Shown here piece by piece: positions 56,452 through 64,000 of a stretch of DNA of 64,000 bases (its first letter is position 1; each line of letters begins with the position of its first letter). The stretch is from IMG/VR virus record IMGVR_UViG_3300037467_001416; one strand, 5' to 3'. The stretch comes from an uncultured virus (IMG/VR IMGVR_UViG_3300037467_001416) (lineage: Duplodnaviria > Heunggongvirae > Uroviricota > Caudoviricetes). Under the pieces are notes generated by a model. That model saw nothing but the letters and a program-made list of their open reading frames with translations. It did no database searches and had not been told where the DNA came from. A program made the translations under genes and the position numbers.

Positions 56452-57481
56452 CTTCGAGATAGACTGCCCCAACGAGGGCTTCGGTCGTGTGATGCAAGCT
56501 CTCAAGTCGGAGGGAATCAAGACCGACAGTCGTAACGGTCCTGTCATTCGGTTCCCGAAGCCGGTGTGTCTAGAGTACGTCAATCCTCGCAGGAGACTTC
56601 TCGACCATCCTGTGCGGGACGCGAATCACTTCTTCCATCTCTTCGAGACGATGTGGATGTTCGCCGGCCTAGACACCGTAGCGCCTCTGAATCTCTACAA
56701 CAGCGGCATGAAGAATTACTCTGACGACGGAGTGACTTTCGCGGCTCCGTACGGCTTCCGTTGGCGCAGACACTTCCACTTCGATCAACTCGCGAGAGTT
56801 GTGCAGAAACTACGAAGTAATCCAGAGGATCGTCGTATCGTTCTTCAGATCTGGGACTCCCAAGAGCTAGTGAAGGATCAGGGACGTGACTTCGCCTGCA
56901 ACCAGCAGGTCTTGTTCGACACCCGTCCGAGAGAGGGCGGCTATCTTCTTGACATGACGGTGACTAATCGCAGCAACGACCTCGTCTACGGAGCTATGGG
57001 TAGTAATCTCGTTCACTTCTCACTTCTGCATGAGTACATCGCCTATCACGCAGGTCTCGAGGTCGGCACCTACTACCAGATCTCCAAGAACATGCACCTC
57101 TACCTTGAGAACGAGACCTCCCAGCGCTGCTGGGAGCACATGGACGAGTTTAAGAACTTCGCCTCTCAGAAGGCAGACTACAGTCTAACGGAACACGGTC
57201 TCACTCTCGATATGAAGATTCTAGCAGAATTCGTCAACGGAGGCGAGATTCCCGTCGGTAAATTGAGTTCTTATCTCGGCCGCGTAGTGAGACCGATTTG
57301 CGAGGCTTACAGGATATACAAGCTGAAGAGTCTCACAGGCATAGATACTCCTATAGAAGTTCGCATAGATCTTGCCATGGAGATCTTGCGAACGTGTGAG
57401 TCAGAATCCTTGCGACTGGCCTGCGTGAACTGGTTGATGGATAAGCAGGTGAAGGCTCAGAGGAAAGCTCTCGCAAGATGA
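56444..57481 (+). CDS. Thymidylate-synthase homologue, probable dUMP hydroxymethylase
   Basis: SRNGPV, RDANHFFHLFETMWM.AG, YGFRWR, DQL, catalytic C in DFACN, RSNDLVYGAMGSN (Asn at the dUMP-specificity position), NMHLY. Confidence 0.8.
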   Translation: MYSFEIDCPNEGFGRVMQALKSEGIKTDSRNGPVIRFPKPVCLEYVNPRRRLLDHPVRDANHFFHLFETMWMFAGLDTVAPLNLYNSGMKNYSDDGVTFAAPYGFRWRRHFHFDQLARVVQKLRSNPEDRRIVLQIWDSQELVKDQGRDFACNQQVLFDTRPREGGYLLDMTVTNRSNDLVYGAMGSNLVHFSLLHEYIAYHAGLEVGTYYQISKNMHLYLENETSQRCWEHMDEFKNFASQKADYSLTEHGLTLDMKILAEFVNGGEIPVGKLSSYLGRVVRPICEAYRIYKLKSLTGIDTPIEVRIDLAMEILRTCESESLRLACVNWLMDKQVKAQRKALAR

Positions 57482-58032
57482 TCTCCTTCGTAGACGCGTG
57501 GCTCTCCGGAAAGGTTCGGCGAAAGCACACGATGGAGAACATCCACGCTGAGAATATCAGCGAGCATACGTGGGGAGTCGTTCTCCTTCTTCTTATGCTC
57601 TGGCCTGATGCCCGGCGAGAGATTATCATAGCCGCTCAGCTCCATGACTTCGGCGAGAAGGCTACGGGAGATATGCCGGGTCCGACAAAGTGGTCCGATC
57701 CTGTACTGGAGACTCTCATGGACAAGCTTGAGCGTGATCACATGAGAACCACGTTACCTCAAGCTCTCTACTCTTTGATAGAGGGTCTCACTGATCCTGA
57801 GTGGGGGCTCGTCGAACTGTGTGATCGTGCTGAGTTCTGCGTCAGTATGATCCATGAGAGGATGCTCGGCAATCGCTACGCGGAGATCTACTATAAGAGA
57901 GCCTGGGACAAAATGACTCAGACACTAGAACTTTACAGAGCTGAGTTCGTCACTATGTCTCCGTGGCTCATGACGAACATCGCGAACATGCGCAGAGATC
58001 TTGACGGTCAATGGAGAAAGGCTAGAAGCTGA
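57478..58032 (+). CDS. HD-domain nucleotide phosphohydrolase (YfbR-like)
   Basis: VRRKH...ENISEHTWGV...LHDFGE..TGDMPGPTK...CDRAE. Confidence 0.8.
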   Translation: MISFVDAWLSGKVRRKHTMENIHAENISEHTWGVVLLLLMLWPDARREIIIAAQLHDFGEKATGDMPGPTKWSDPVLETLMDKLERDHMRTTLPQALYSLIEGLTDPEWGLVELCDRAEFCVSMIHERMLGNRYAEIYYKRAWDKMTQTLELYRAEFVTMSPWLMTNIANMRRDLDGQWRKARS

Positions 58033-58520
58033 TGGGACACTACGACAACTGTCGCGAGGGCAACTGTTCAGTCTGTGGGCAGACTCTTGGCTACTGCGAG
58101 CATTCCACCGGAAGCAAGAAGCAACCGAGTGCCAACGACATCCAGCATGGAGGCAGTCACTACAAGGGTGCGAAGTTTCAGCACTGGGATCTGTGTGCCA
58201 AGAATCGCATCGGCTATCTCGAGAGCTGCGGTTCTAAGTATGCCTCACGCTGGAGGAAGAAGAACGGAGTCGAGGATTTACAGAAGGGCGTCCACTACTG
58301 CGATAAGATTCTTGAGTGTATCGTACAGTACGACTATGCGCCGACTGGCCGTGCTCCCTACAGCGATCTCCAGATGTTCTTTGAGCAGAACGGCATCTCG
58401 GACGCCGACGAGCAACTCGCTATCTCACATCTCTGCACTTGGGACTCTCGGCTAGGCATAGAATTAGCGCGGAAGCATATGTCCGCGCTTCTCGAGAAAG
58501 CTCAGGCACTGGCCGCGTAG
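58032..58520 (+). CDS. DUF3310/SaV-like protein
   Basis: QHGGSHYK...QHWD...GYLE...KYASRWRKKNGVEDLQKG.HY. Confidence 0.75.
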   Translation: MGHYDNCREGNCSVCGQTLGYCEHSTGSKKQPSANDIQHGGSHYKGAKFQHWDLCAKNRIGYLESCGSKYASRWRKKNGVEDLQKGVHYCDKILECIVQYDYAPTGRAPYSDLQMFFEQNGISDADEQLAISHLCTWDSRLGIELARKHMSALLEKAQALAA

Positions 58521-58521
58521 C

Positions 58522-60588
58522 TTGTCAACAGAACAAACCAGCTTTATACAAGAGCTTCTGGACGGCCCTGTTAGACAGGGTAGTCGCAGTAAGCGAAAGC
58601 CAACGTCAATGCTAGACATGTTCTCGGATCTTCCCGAGCTTCACGGTCCGATTACCCTAGACTCAGAAACTCACGATCCTCTCCTGAAGACGAGAGGCTC
58701 CGGCTGGTCCTATTCTCGCGAGGGTCAGAACGGCGGGAAGATAATCGGCATCGCAGTTCACGCTGAAAACTTCCACGAGTATCTACCCATCGGGCACACT
58801 GAGGGAAATCTAGATCCCGTGAAGGTGAAGAGCTGGCTGAGTAGTCAGTTGACGAAGGACGATTCTCAACCTAAGATCTTCTTCCACGCACAGTACGACG
58901 TCGGTTGGTTTCGTGCTGAGGGAATTAAGATCTCAGGTCGCATAGAGGATGTCTCGTTTCAGGCTCCGCTCGTGGACGAGCATCGTCCGAACTATCAGCT
59001 AGATCGGTTAGCCAAAGACCTCGTGGGACGTGGTAAGGACGAGCGCGCATTAGCTGAGGCAGCTAAGAAACTCGGTGTGAAGAACACGAAGGCTGACAAC
59101 ATCAAGATGCATCTCATGAGGGTGCATCCCGACGTCGTAGGTATCTACGGTCGTGAGGACGTCGCAATCACTCGACTTCTGTGGGACTTCTACAATCCCA
59201 TCATGGAGGAACAGGAGCTCCAGAAAGTCTACGAGCTCGAGTGTGATCTTATCCCAATGCTCGTAGATATGCGGATGCGCGGAGTTCGTGTCGACGTTCC
59301 GGGCATCGAGATTCAGCAGCGCAAGTTAGTTCACGAAGAAGATCTCGCCAGACGGTTTATCAAGGATAAGACTGGGATCACTGTAGGAAGCTGGGACAAT
59401 GCCGCAGAACTCTCGCGAATATTTGACAAGCTCAGCATTAAGTACGGCCTCACCGAGAAGACCGAGCAGCCGAGTATCACGGCAGACTGGCTACGATCTC
59501 TATCCCATCCAGTTGCAAACGCTATTCTTCGCGGCCGCAAGACGAACAACATTAGATCCACGTTTCTCGAGAACAATCTGCTCTACCTCCAGGAAGGCGG
59601 ACGCATCTTCCCGAACTTCAATCCCCTCAAGCGTGACGACGACAGCGGAGGAGTTCTCGGTAAGGAGCTGAAGGCTGGTGTTCGCGGAGCGCTGTCAGGG
59701 CGGTTCAGTTCTTCTCAGCCGAATTTCCAGAATTTTCCCTCGCCAGACAAGGATCCTGAGCTAGGCTTAATGGTTCGCAGCATGATTCTTCCTGAGGAGG
59801 GTGAGTTCTTCCATGTGATGGACTACTCTTCGCAAGAGCCTCGTCTGACAGTTCACTTTGCCGAGATCACGGGCTGCATGAAGGCTCGCGAGATGGCTGA
59901 TCGATTTAGAGCCAATCCGCGTACCGACCTGCACGACGAAACCCGCAAGATGGTCGCCACAGTCCTGGAGGACTGGAAGGATCCCAAGAAGCGCAAACCA
60001 GCGAAGATTATCAATCTGGGCGTGGCCTACGGGATGGGCGGCGGAAAGCTGGCATTATCGCTCGGTCTACCGTACACCGAGGCTTCCTTCATGAAGGGTG
60101 ATCAGGAGTTCAAATATCTCAAGGCTGGCCCCGAGGCTCAGGAGTTGATGGCTGTCTTCGACGAGCAGGCTCCATTCATTCGCCAGCTTGCTCGCAAGGC
60201 CCAGAACGCTGTCAAGCAGAAGGGTTACATTAAGACTCCAGTGGGACGACGATTCCGTTTCCCGAAAGAGGACGACGGGCGTACTTACAAGTTTCTCAAC
60301 AAGGCACTGAATCGTCTTATCCAGGGAAGCGCCGCAGACATGACAAAGATGGCGCTGCGCGAGATGTACCGCTCAGGTATTCTTCCTCACGGCACAGTTC
60401 ACGACGAGATCGACATCAGCTCTGCAAGCGTCAAGACCGTGAACTTGGCTCAGGAGATCATGGAGAGCGCCATGGAGCTAACCATCCCCATTAAGATCGA
60501 CGTCGCCAGTGGCCGCACTTGGGGCGAAGCTTCTATGGAGAAGCAGGGCGCAGAGAACTACGAAAAGTTTCTGACGGGAGAACTGTGA
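58522..60588 (+). CDS. polA: Family A DNA polymerase with 3'-5' exonuclease
   Basis: LDSET (ExoI), HAQYD (ExoII), YGRED (ExoIII), GRFSSSQPNFQN, DYSSQEPR (A), KIINLGVAYGMG (B), VHDEI (C); start uncertain. Confidence 0.92.
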   Translation: MSTEQTSFIQELLDGPVRQGSRSKRKPTSMLDMFSDLPELHGPITLDSETHDPLLKTRGSGWSYSREGQNGGKIIGIAVHAENFHEYLPIGHTEGNLDPVKVKSWLSSQLTKDDSQPKIFFHAQYDVGWFRAEGIKISGRIEDVSFQAPLVDEHRPNYQLDRLAKDLVGRGKDERALAEAAKKLGVKNTKADNIKMHLMRVHPDVVGIYGREDVAITRLLWDFYNPIMEEQELQKVYELECDLIPMLVDMRMRGVRVDVPGIEIQQRKLVHEEDLARRFIKDKTGITVGSWDNAAELSRIFDKLSIKYGLTEKTEQPSITADWLRSLSHPVANAILRGRKTNNIRSTFLENNLLYLQEGGRIFPNFNPLKRDDDSGGVLGKELKAGVRGALSGRFSSSQPNFQNFPSPDKDPELGLMVRSMILPEEGEFFHVMDYSSQEPRLTVHFAEITGCMKAREMADRFRANPRTDLHDETRKMVATVLEDWKDPKKRKPAKIINLGVAYGMGGGKLALSLGLPYTEASFMKGDQEFKYLKAGPEAQELMAVFDEQAPFIRQLARKAQNAVKQKGYIKTPVGRRFRFPKEDDGRTYKFLNKALNRLIQGSAADMTKMALREMYRSGILPHGTVHDEIDISSASVKTVNLAQEIMESAMELTIPIKIDVASGRTWGEASMEKQGAENYEKFLTGEL

Positions 60589-61091
60589 TGGGTGCTAGCA
60601 CTAGAGAAAATACTGGGAATTCTGAGCCGCACATCGTAGACTTGGATGTCGTGCCTAGCGACTTCACCAGCTATCCGACGAAGTTCCAGCGGCTACATCC
60701 AGACGCAAAGATTCCGCAGCGAGGTTCTCTCAGTGCTGCTGGATATGATCTTACGGCGATCTATCGTTGTGTGCTCGGTCCTGGGCGCATTGCTAAGATT
60801 CCTCTCGGATTCGCCACAGAGATGCACCCGGACATTCACTGTCGCATCGAGTCTCGCAGCGGCATGGCTCTCAAAGGTCTGGTCGTACTCACCGGCGTGA
60901 TCGACGCAGACTATCGCGGAGAGTGGTGCGTGATTCTCATGAACGTCACCGAGGCCACCCAAACCATTGCACCGGGAGACCGGGTGGCACAGGCTGTAAT
61001 GCGGCCAACGGTACGCACCCACTTCACAGAGTCCAAGAGCCTCGAGGACAGTCAGAGAGGCTCCGGCGGCTTTGGTAGCAGCGGGCGCTAG
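60588..61091 (+). CDS. dut: Trimeric dUTPase
   Basis: AAGYDL, SRSG, GVIDADYRGE, GDRVAQ, RGSGGFGSSG. Confidence 0.93.
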   Translation: MGASTRENTGNSEPHIVDLDVVPSDFTSYPTKFQRLHPDAKIPQRGSLSAAGYDLTAIYRCVLGPGRIAKIPLGFATEMHPDIHCRIESRSGMALKGLVVLTGVIDADYRGEWCVILMNVTEATQTIAPGDRVAQAVMRPTVRTHFTESKSLEDSQRGSGGFGSSGR

Positions 61092-61142
61092 GTTGGCGGC
61101 GCGGTAGTAGCACAGGAGCACTCAGAAGGGCACGATGTAAAC

Positions 61143-62003
61143 ATGCAGAGACCAGCGCTTATAGTCGACGGGCTGTCCGTTTTTCACTCCGTCGCAGGAC
61201 CGGCGGCGTTTCTAACGAATGGCTACACGTACAGCTTCGTGACGCAACTCACATCTGCCGTGAAGAAGTTCGGCCCTCGCGGCATCTTCGTATGCTGGGA
61301 TCGCGGGAGCGAGCGTCGCACGACGATTCATCCTGGCTACAAGGGTGATCGCCCCTCGTCTATGAATGACGCTAAACGCATCATGCTTCAACAAGTCGAG
61401 AATTTCCTCGAAGCTGTAGGAGCCGACCAGCTTCACGCCGAGGGCTTCGAGGCGGACGACATCGGAGCCATGCTGGCAAACACTCTGGACCACGCCATTC
61501 TCGTCAGTAACGATAAAGACTGGCTCCAGCTAGTGCGACCTGGAATCTCTATCTACTATCGCTGCAAGCAGGAAGGTCGCAAGGCCGAGAAGAAGCTGGT
61601 CACGGTGGATAACTTTGCAGAGATCACCGGGTGGAGTAGTCCTGACGAATTCGTAAAGGGACTCTGCGCTATCGGCGACGGCGTGGACTGCGTTGATGGC
61701 ATCGACGGTGTCGGAGAGCTCACGATCAAGAAGTACCTCATGGGCATGAGCGTTGGTCCTACGAAGCAGGAACGCCTGGATCGCTTCTTCTCTGGAGACG
61801 AGCTCTATCTGCGAAACAAGGCACTCATCGAGCTTCGCGACATCCGCGAGATTCCAGGACTGAGAACCCGCATGGGTACGTTTGACGAAGGCGCAGTCCG
61901 CGGCTTGCTGGAAGAGCTTACCTTTGCTAGTATGCTTAAGAAGTTCCCCGAATGGGTGCGACCCTACAAGGAGGCTCATGCAGACTTTTCTCCCTTACCC
62001 TAG
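61143..62003 (+). CDS. 5'-3' exonuclease / flap endonuclease
   Basis: LIVDG, CWD, YKGDR, EADDI, SNDKDWLQL, GDGVD..DGIDGVG. Confidence 0.88.
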   Translation: MQRPALIVDGLSVFHSVAGPAAFLTNGYTYSFVTQLTSAVKKFGPRGIFVCWDRGSERRTTIHPGYKGDRPSSMNDAKRIMLQQVENFLEAVGADQLHAEGFEADDIGAMLANTLDHAILVSNDKDWLQLVRPGISIYYRCKQEGRKAEKKLVTVDNFAEITGWSSPDEFVKGLCAIGDGVDCVDGIDGVGELTIKKYLMGMSVGPTKQERLDRFFSGDELYLRNKALIELRDIREIPGLRTRMGTFDEGAVRGLLEELTFASMLKKFPEWVRPYKEAHADFSPLP

Positions 62004-62472
62004 CTTCGTTGAGTCGGCTAAGGTCTTAGACTATCGCCGTCTCGGGAAGCAGCGCGTAGAGTGTAAGCAGCTTCTATCTGCTCTCGGTTTTGAAGTACTC
62101 CGGGGTCAAATCTCACGTATCATTCCGGTGGTTCATTCTAGAGCAGGATGGAAGAATCATCCTGCCGCGAAGATGTGGCGAGGCTACGAACATGCCTTAG
62201 CTCTCTATCAGATGAGCATGATCTACGAGTGGGTGCGTCGCGGGTACAACAACACGATGGAGTTTCTGTCAGACGATATCGGTAATGCTGAGTGGAGTAT
62301 TTCCATGCCGCCGTGGCTCGGCGACGAGGCTTTTCACGCCAGTCATCGCAGCAACCTTCTACGGAAGGATCCTACACACTACGGTCAGTTCGACTGGACC
62401 GAGCCGCCTGATCTTCCGTACGTCTGGCCTACGGTTCCTGAGGATGGGCCACAGAAGGCGGAGAACTTCTAG
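61978..62472 (+). CDS. Pyrimidine-dimer DNA glycosylase-like (MSMEG_6728-type) protein
   Basis: MQTFLPY...LD.RRLGKQRVE...HPAAKMWRGYE...PPWLGD...HASHRSNLLRKDP..Y; AAGGAGG RBS. Confidence 0.82.
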   Translation: MQTFLPYPSFVESAKVLDYRRLGKQRVECKQLLSALGFEVLRGQISRIIPVVHSRAGWKNHPAAKMWRGYEHALALYQMSMIYEWVRRGYNNTMEFLSDDIGNAEWSISMPPWLGDEAFHASHRSNLLRKDPTHYGQFDWTEPPDLPYVWPTVPEDGPQKAENF

Positions 62473-62510
62473 CGTGAGTGCGACATCGACCTTCATAAAG
62501 GAGAAACCTA

Positions 62511-62753
62511 ATGGACGAGGATGACATGCCCCATGGTGATCCGCCGCAGAGCGAACAGTTTCTTATCTCTCGCTCTGCGCTGGACGAAGCCTACTCAGCG
62601 CTCGCCGGAGCTGTTGGTGCTCTCGGAGATATCGCGAATCTCAGCGCCGGTATGGAGGCGCTGAAGACTGCCCTTGGTCAGTTCGGCGACAGCTACGGGG
62701 GTCATAATCCTCAGTTCGTCGTCGCCGGCTGTAGCGAGCCTATGCCGGAATAA
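62511..62753 (+). CDS. Hypothetical protein
   Basis: AAGGAG RBS; 80 aa. Confidence 0.55.
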   Translation: MDEDDMPHGDPPQSEQFLISRSALDEAYSALAGAVGALGDIANLSAGMEALKTALGQFGDSYGGHNPQFVVAGCSEPMPE

Positions 62754-62778
62754 TCTAGCCTCACAGGAGAATTTCCAC

Positions 62779-64000
62779 GTGAATGCAGTGACGGTTGAAG
62801 TTGCAGACGAGAGCTCCGGGGCGGGGCGAGTGGGCGCGGCTGTTGAGTTAACTTATGACGATCTGAATCCGCAGCAACGTGCCGCTGTCGATGATGCAGT
62901 TCGTTGGTTTAACTCCGGTCGCGCCCACGAGGCCCCCTACGTGATGCAGGGGTATGCCGGAACGGGTAAGACGACACTACTGAGGATACTCATAGGACGT
63001 CTCAGAACCCCGTACTCTCGCGTGGCTCTGTGTGCTCCGACTAATCGAGCAGCTAAGGTCCTCGCCAACAAGACTGGGATGTTCACCCAGACGATTCATA
63101 AGCTGATCTACATCACGGTGTCGGAGGAGATCAACTTTCAGCGAGAACGCCTCAGGATGTGGGAGGAAGCTAAGAGCTTCAATCAACTCAGCGAGGCCCT
63201 CATCGTCCAGTCCGGGCAAGATCTTCGCTCGGAGTACGACGAATTACTGGAGCGCGATGGTCTAGCCTTCGACGAGACAGAGTTCCGTAAGTTCTGTGAG
63301 GAACGTGGTGAGACGATTCTTAAGTTCGAGGGCCTGGAGCTTCCTAGCGACCCTATCGAGAGACAGAAGATCTTCGAGAAGGTGAAGACTGAGAAATTGT
63401 CTCAGCACAAGCAGAATATTCGCGACCTCATGGCCGAGGATCTTCCAGTGAGGAAGAAGGAACCTCAGGAGCTGATGGAGAAGTTCAGCCTCATCATGGT
63501 GGACGAGTCCTCCATGGTCAACGAGACTATCGGTAAGGATATTATCTCCTTCGGTATCCCGACGATTCTCGTTGGCGACCCCTTCCAGCTCCCGCCCGTA
63601 AAGGCGAAGCCCTTCTGGCACAACGTCAGGCCTCATACAGTTCTAACTCGCATCGAGCGGCAGAAGGGTGTCGGCGCTGGTATCCCTCTCGCCGGTGAGA
63701 AGTTACGCAGCGGAGGTCAGATTTCTCGTAACGAGAGCCTGAACATCCATGGCCGCAACACGCTTCCTGACTCGTCGTGGCTAGAGATCGATCAAATCAT
63801 CTGTGGCACTCACAAGACTCGCGAGAGACTATGCCGCTTCGTCAGGGGAAAGCTGGGATTCAACACCGCCTATCCTCAAGTCGGTGAAAAGATTGTCGCC
63901 GTGTTCAACGACAAGAAGAGAGGAATAATGAATGGTGAGCTCTACACCGTCAAGAGAAGTGAGCTCACGCGCAACGGTTCCGTCACGCGAATGGACATTG
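62779..64000 (+). CDS. SF1B Dda/RecD-like helicase, runs off the right edge
   Basis: Not in the ORF track; GTG 62779 after AGGAG; LNPQQ, GYAGTGKTT, APTNRAA, TIHKLIY, VDESSM, VGDPFQLPPV, LTRIERQ. Confidence 0.88.
   Translation, partial: MNAVTVEVADESSGAGRVGAAVELTYDDLNPQQRAAVDDAVRWFNSGRAHEAPYVMQGYAGTGKTTLLRILIGRLRTPYSRVALCAPTNRAAKVLANKTGMFTQTIHKLIYITVSEEINFQRERLRMWEEAKSFNQLSEALIVQSGQDLRSEYDELLERDGLAFDETEFRKFCEERGETILKFEGLELPSDPIERQKIFEKVKTEKLSQHKQNIRDLMAEDLPVRKKEPQELMEKFSLIMVDESSMVNETIGKDIISFGIPTILVGDPFQLPPVKAKPFWHNVRPHTVLTRIERQKGVGAGIPLAGEKLRSGGQISRNESLNIHGRNTLPDSSWLEIDQIICGTHKTRERLCRFVRGKLGFNTAYPQVGEKIVAVFNDKKRGIMNGELYTVKRSELTRNGSVTRMDI

Noticed and set aside
25050..61115. Short 40-55 bp GA/TC-free patches (about 25055, 32390, 50370, 61065)
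   Set aside because: A few runs of this length are expected by chance in 64 kb; needs a computed run-length test before linking them to promoters
1..64000. tRNA, rRNA, integrase or transposase genes
   Set aside because: No cloverleaf or recombinase motifs recognised by eye; a tRNA scan would be needed to be certain

Overview
A 64-kb internal segment of a lytic, long-tailed (siphovirus-type) dsDNA phage; promoter style and tail-tip type suggest an alphaproteobacterial host (inference). Layout: about 30 small leftward early genes (1-11,950), with an AT-rich non-coding putative origin at about 9,920-10,500; a rightward array of promoter-led early genes (12,240-18,685); a morphogenesis module (portal, scaffold, capsid, appendage genes, neck, tail tube, frameshifted chaperones, tape measure, hub/fibre ending in a Hint domain; 20,723-49,839); and a replication and DNA-modification module (SF2 helicase, SSB-like protein, aGPT-PPlase1-type helical protein, TAGT/GREB1-like glycosyltransferase, dUMP hydroxymethylase-type TS homologue, HD hydrolase, DUF3310-like protein, PolA, dUTPase, 5'-3' exonuclease, pyrimidine-dimer glycosylase-like protein, Dda/RecD-like helicase; 49,836-64,000). 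The standout signal is a 1.1-kb island (18,879-19,978) with no GA and no TC dinucleotide, in a genome that otherwise uses GA/TC heavily. It carries two intact genes whose proteins lack Asp and Glu and that share a GA-free ribosome-binding leader. It is bounded by a 13-bp direct repeat exactly 1,100 bp apart and preceded by 9 GATC sites in 87 bp. My working hypothesis is a deliberately modification-free (or defence-target-free) zone coupled to the phage's thymidine hypermodification pathway. No terminase, endolysin, integrase, tRNA or CRISPR array was recognised. Family assignments are by eye from motifs, not database searches.
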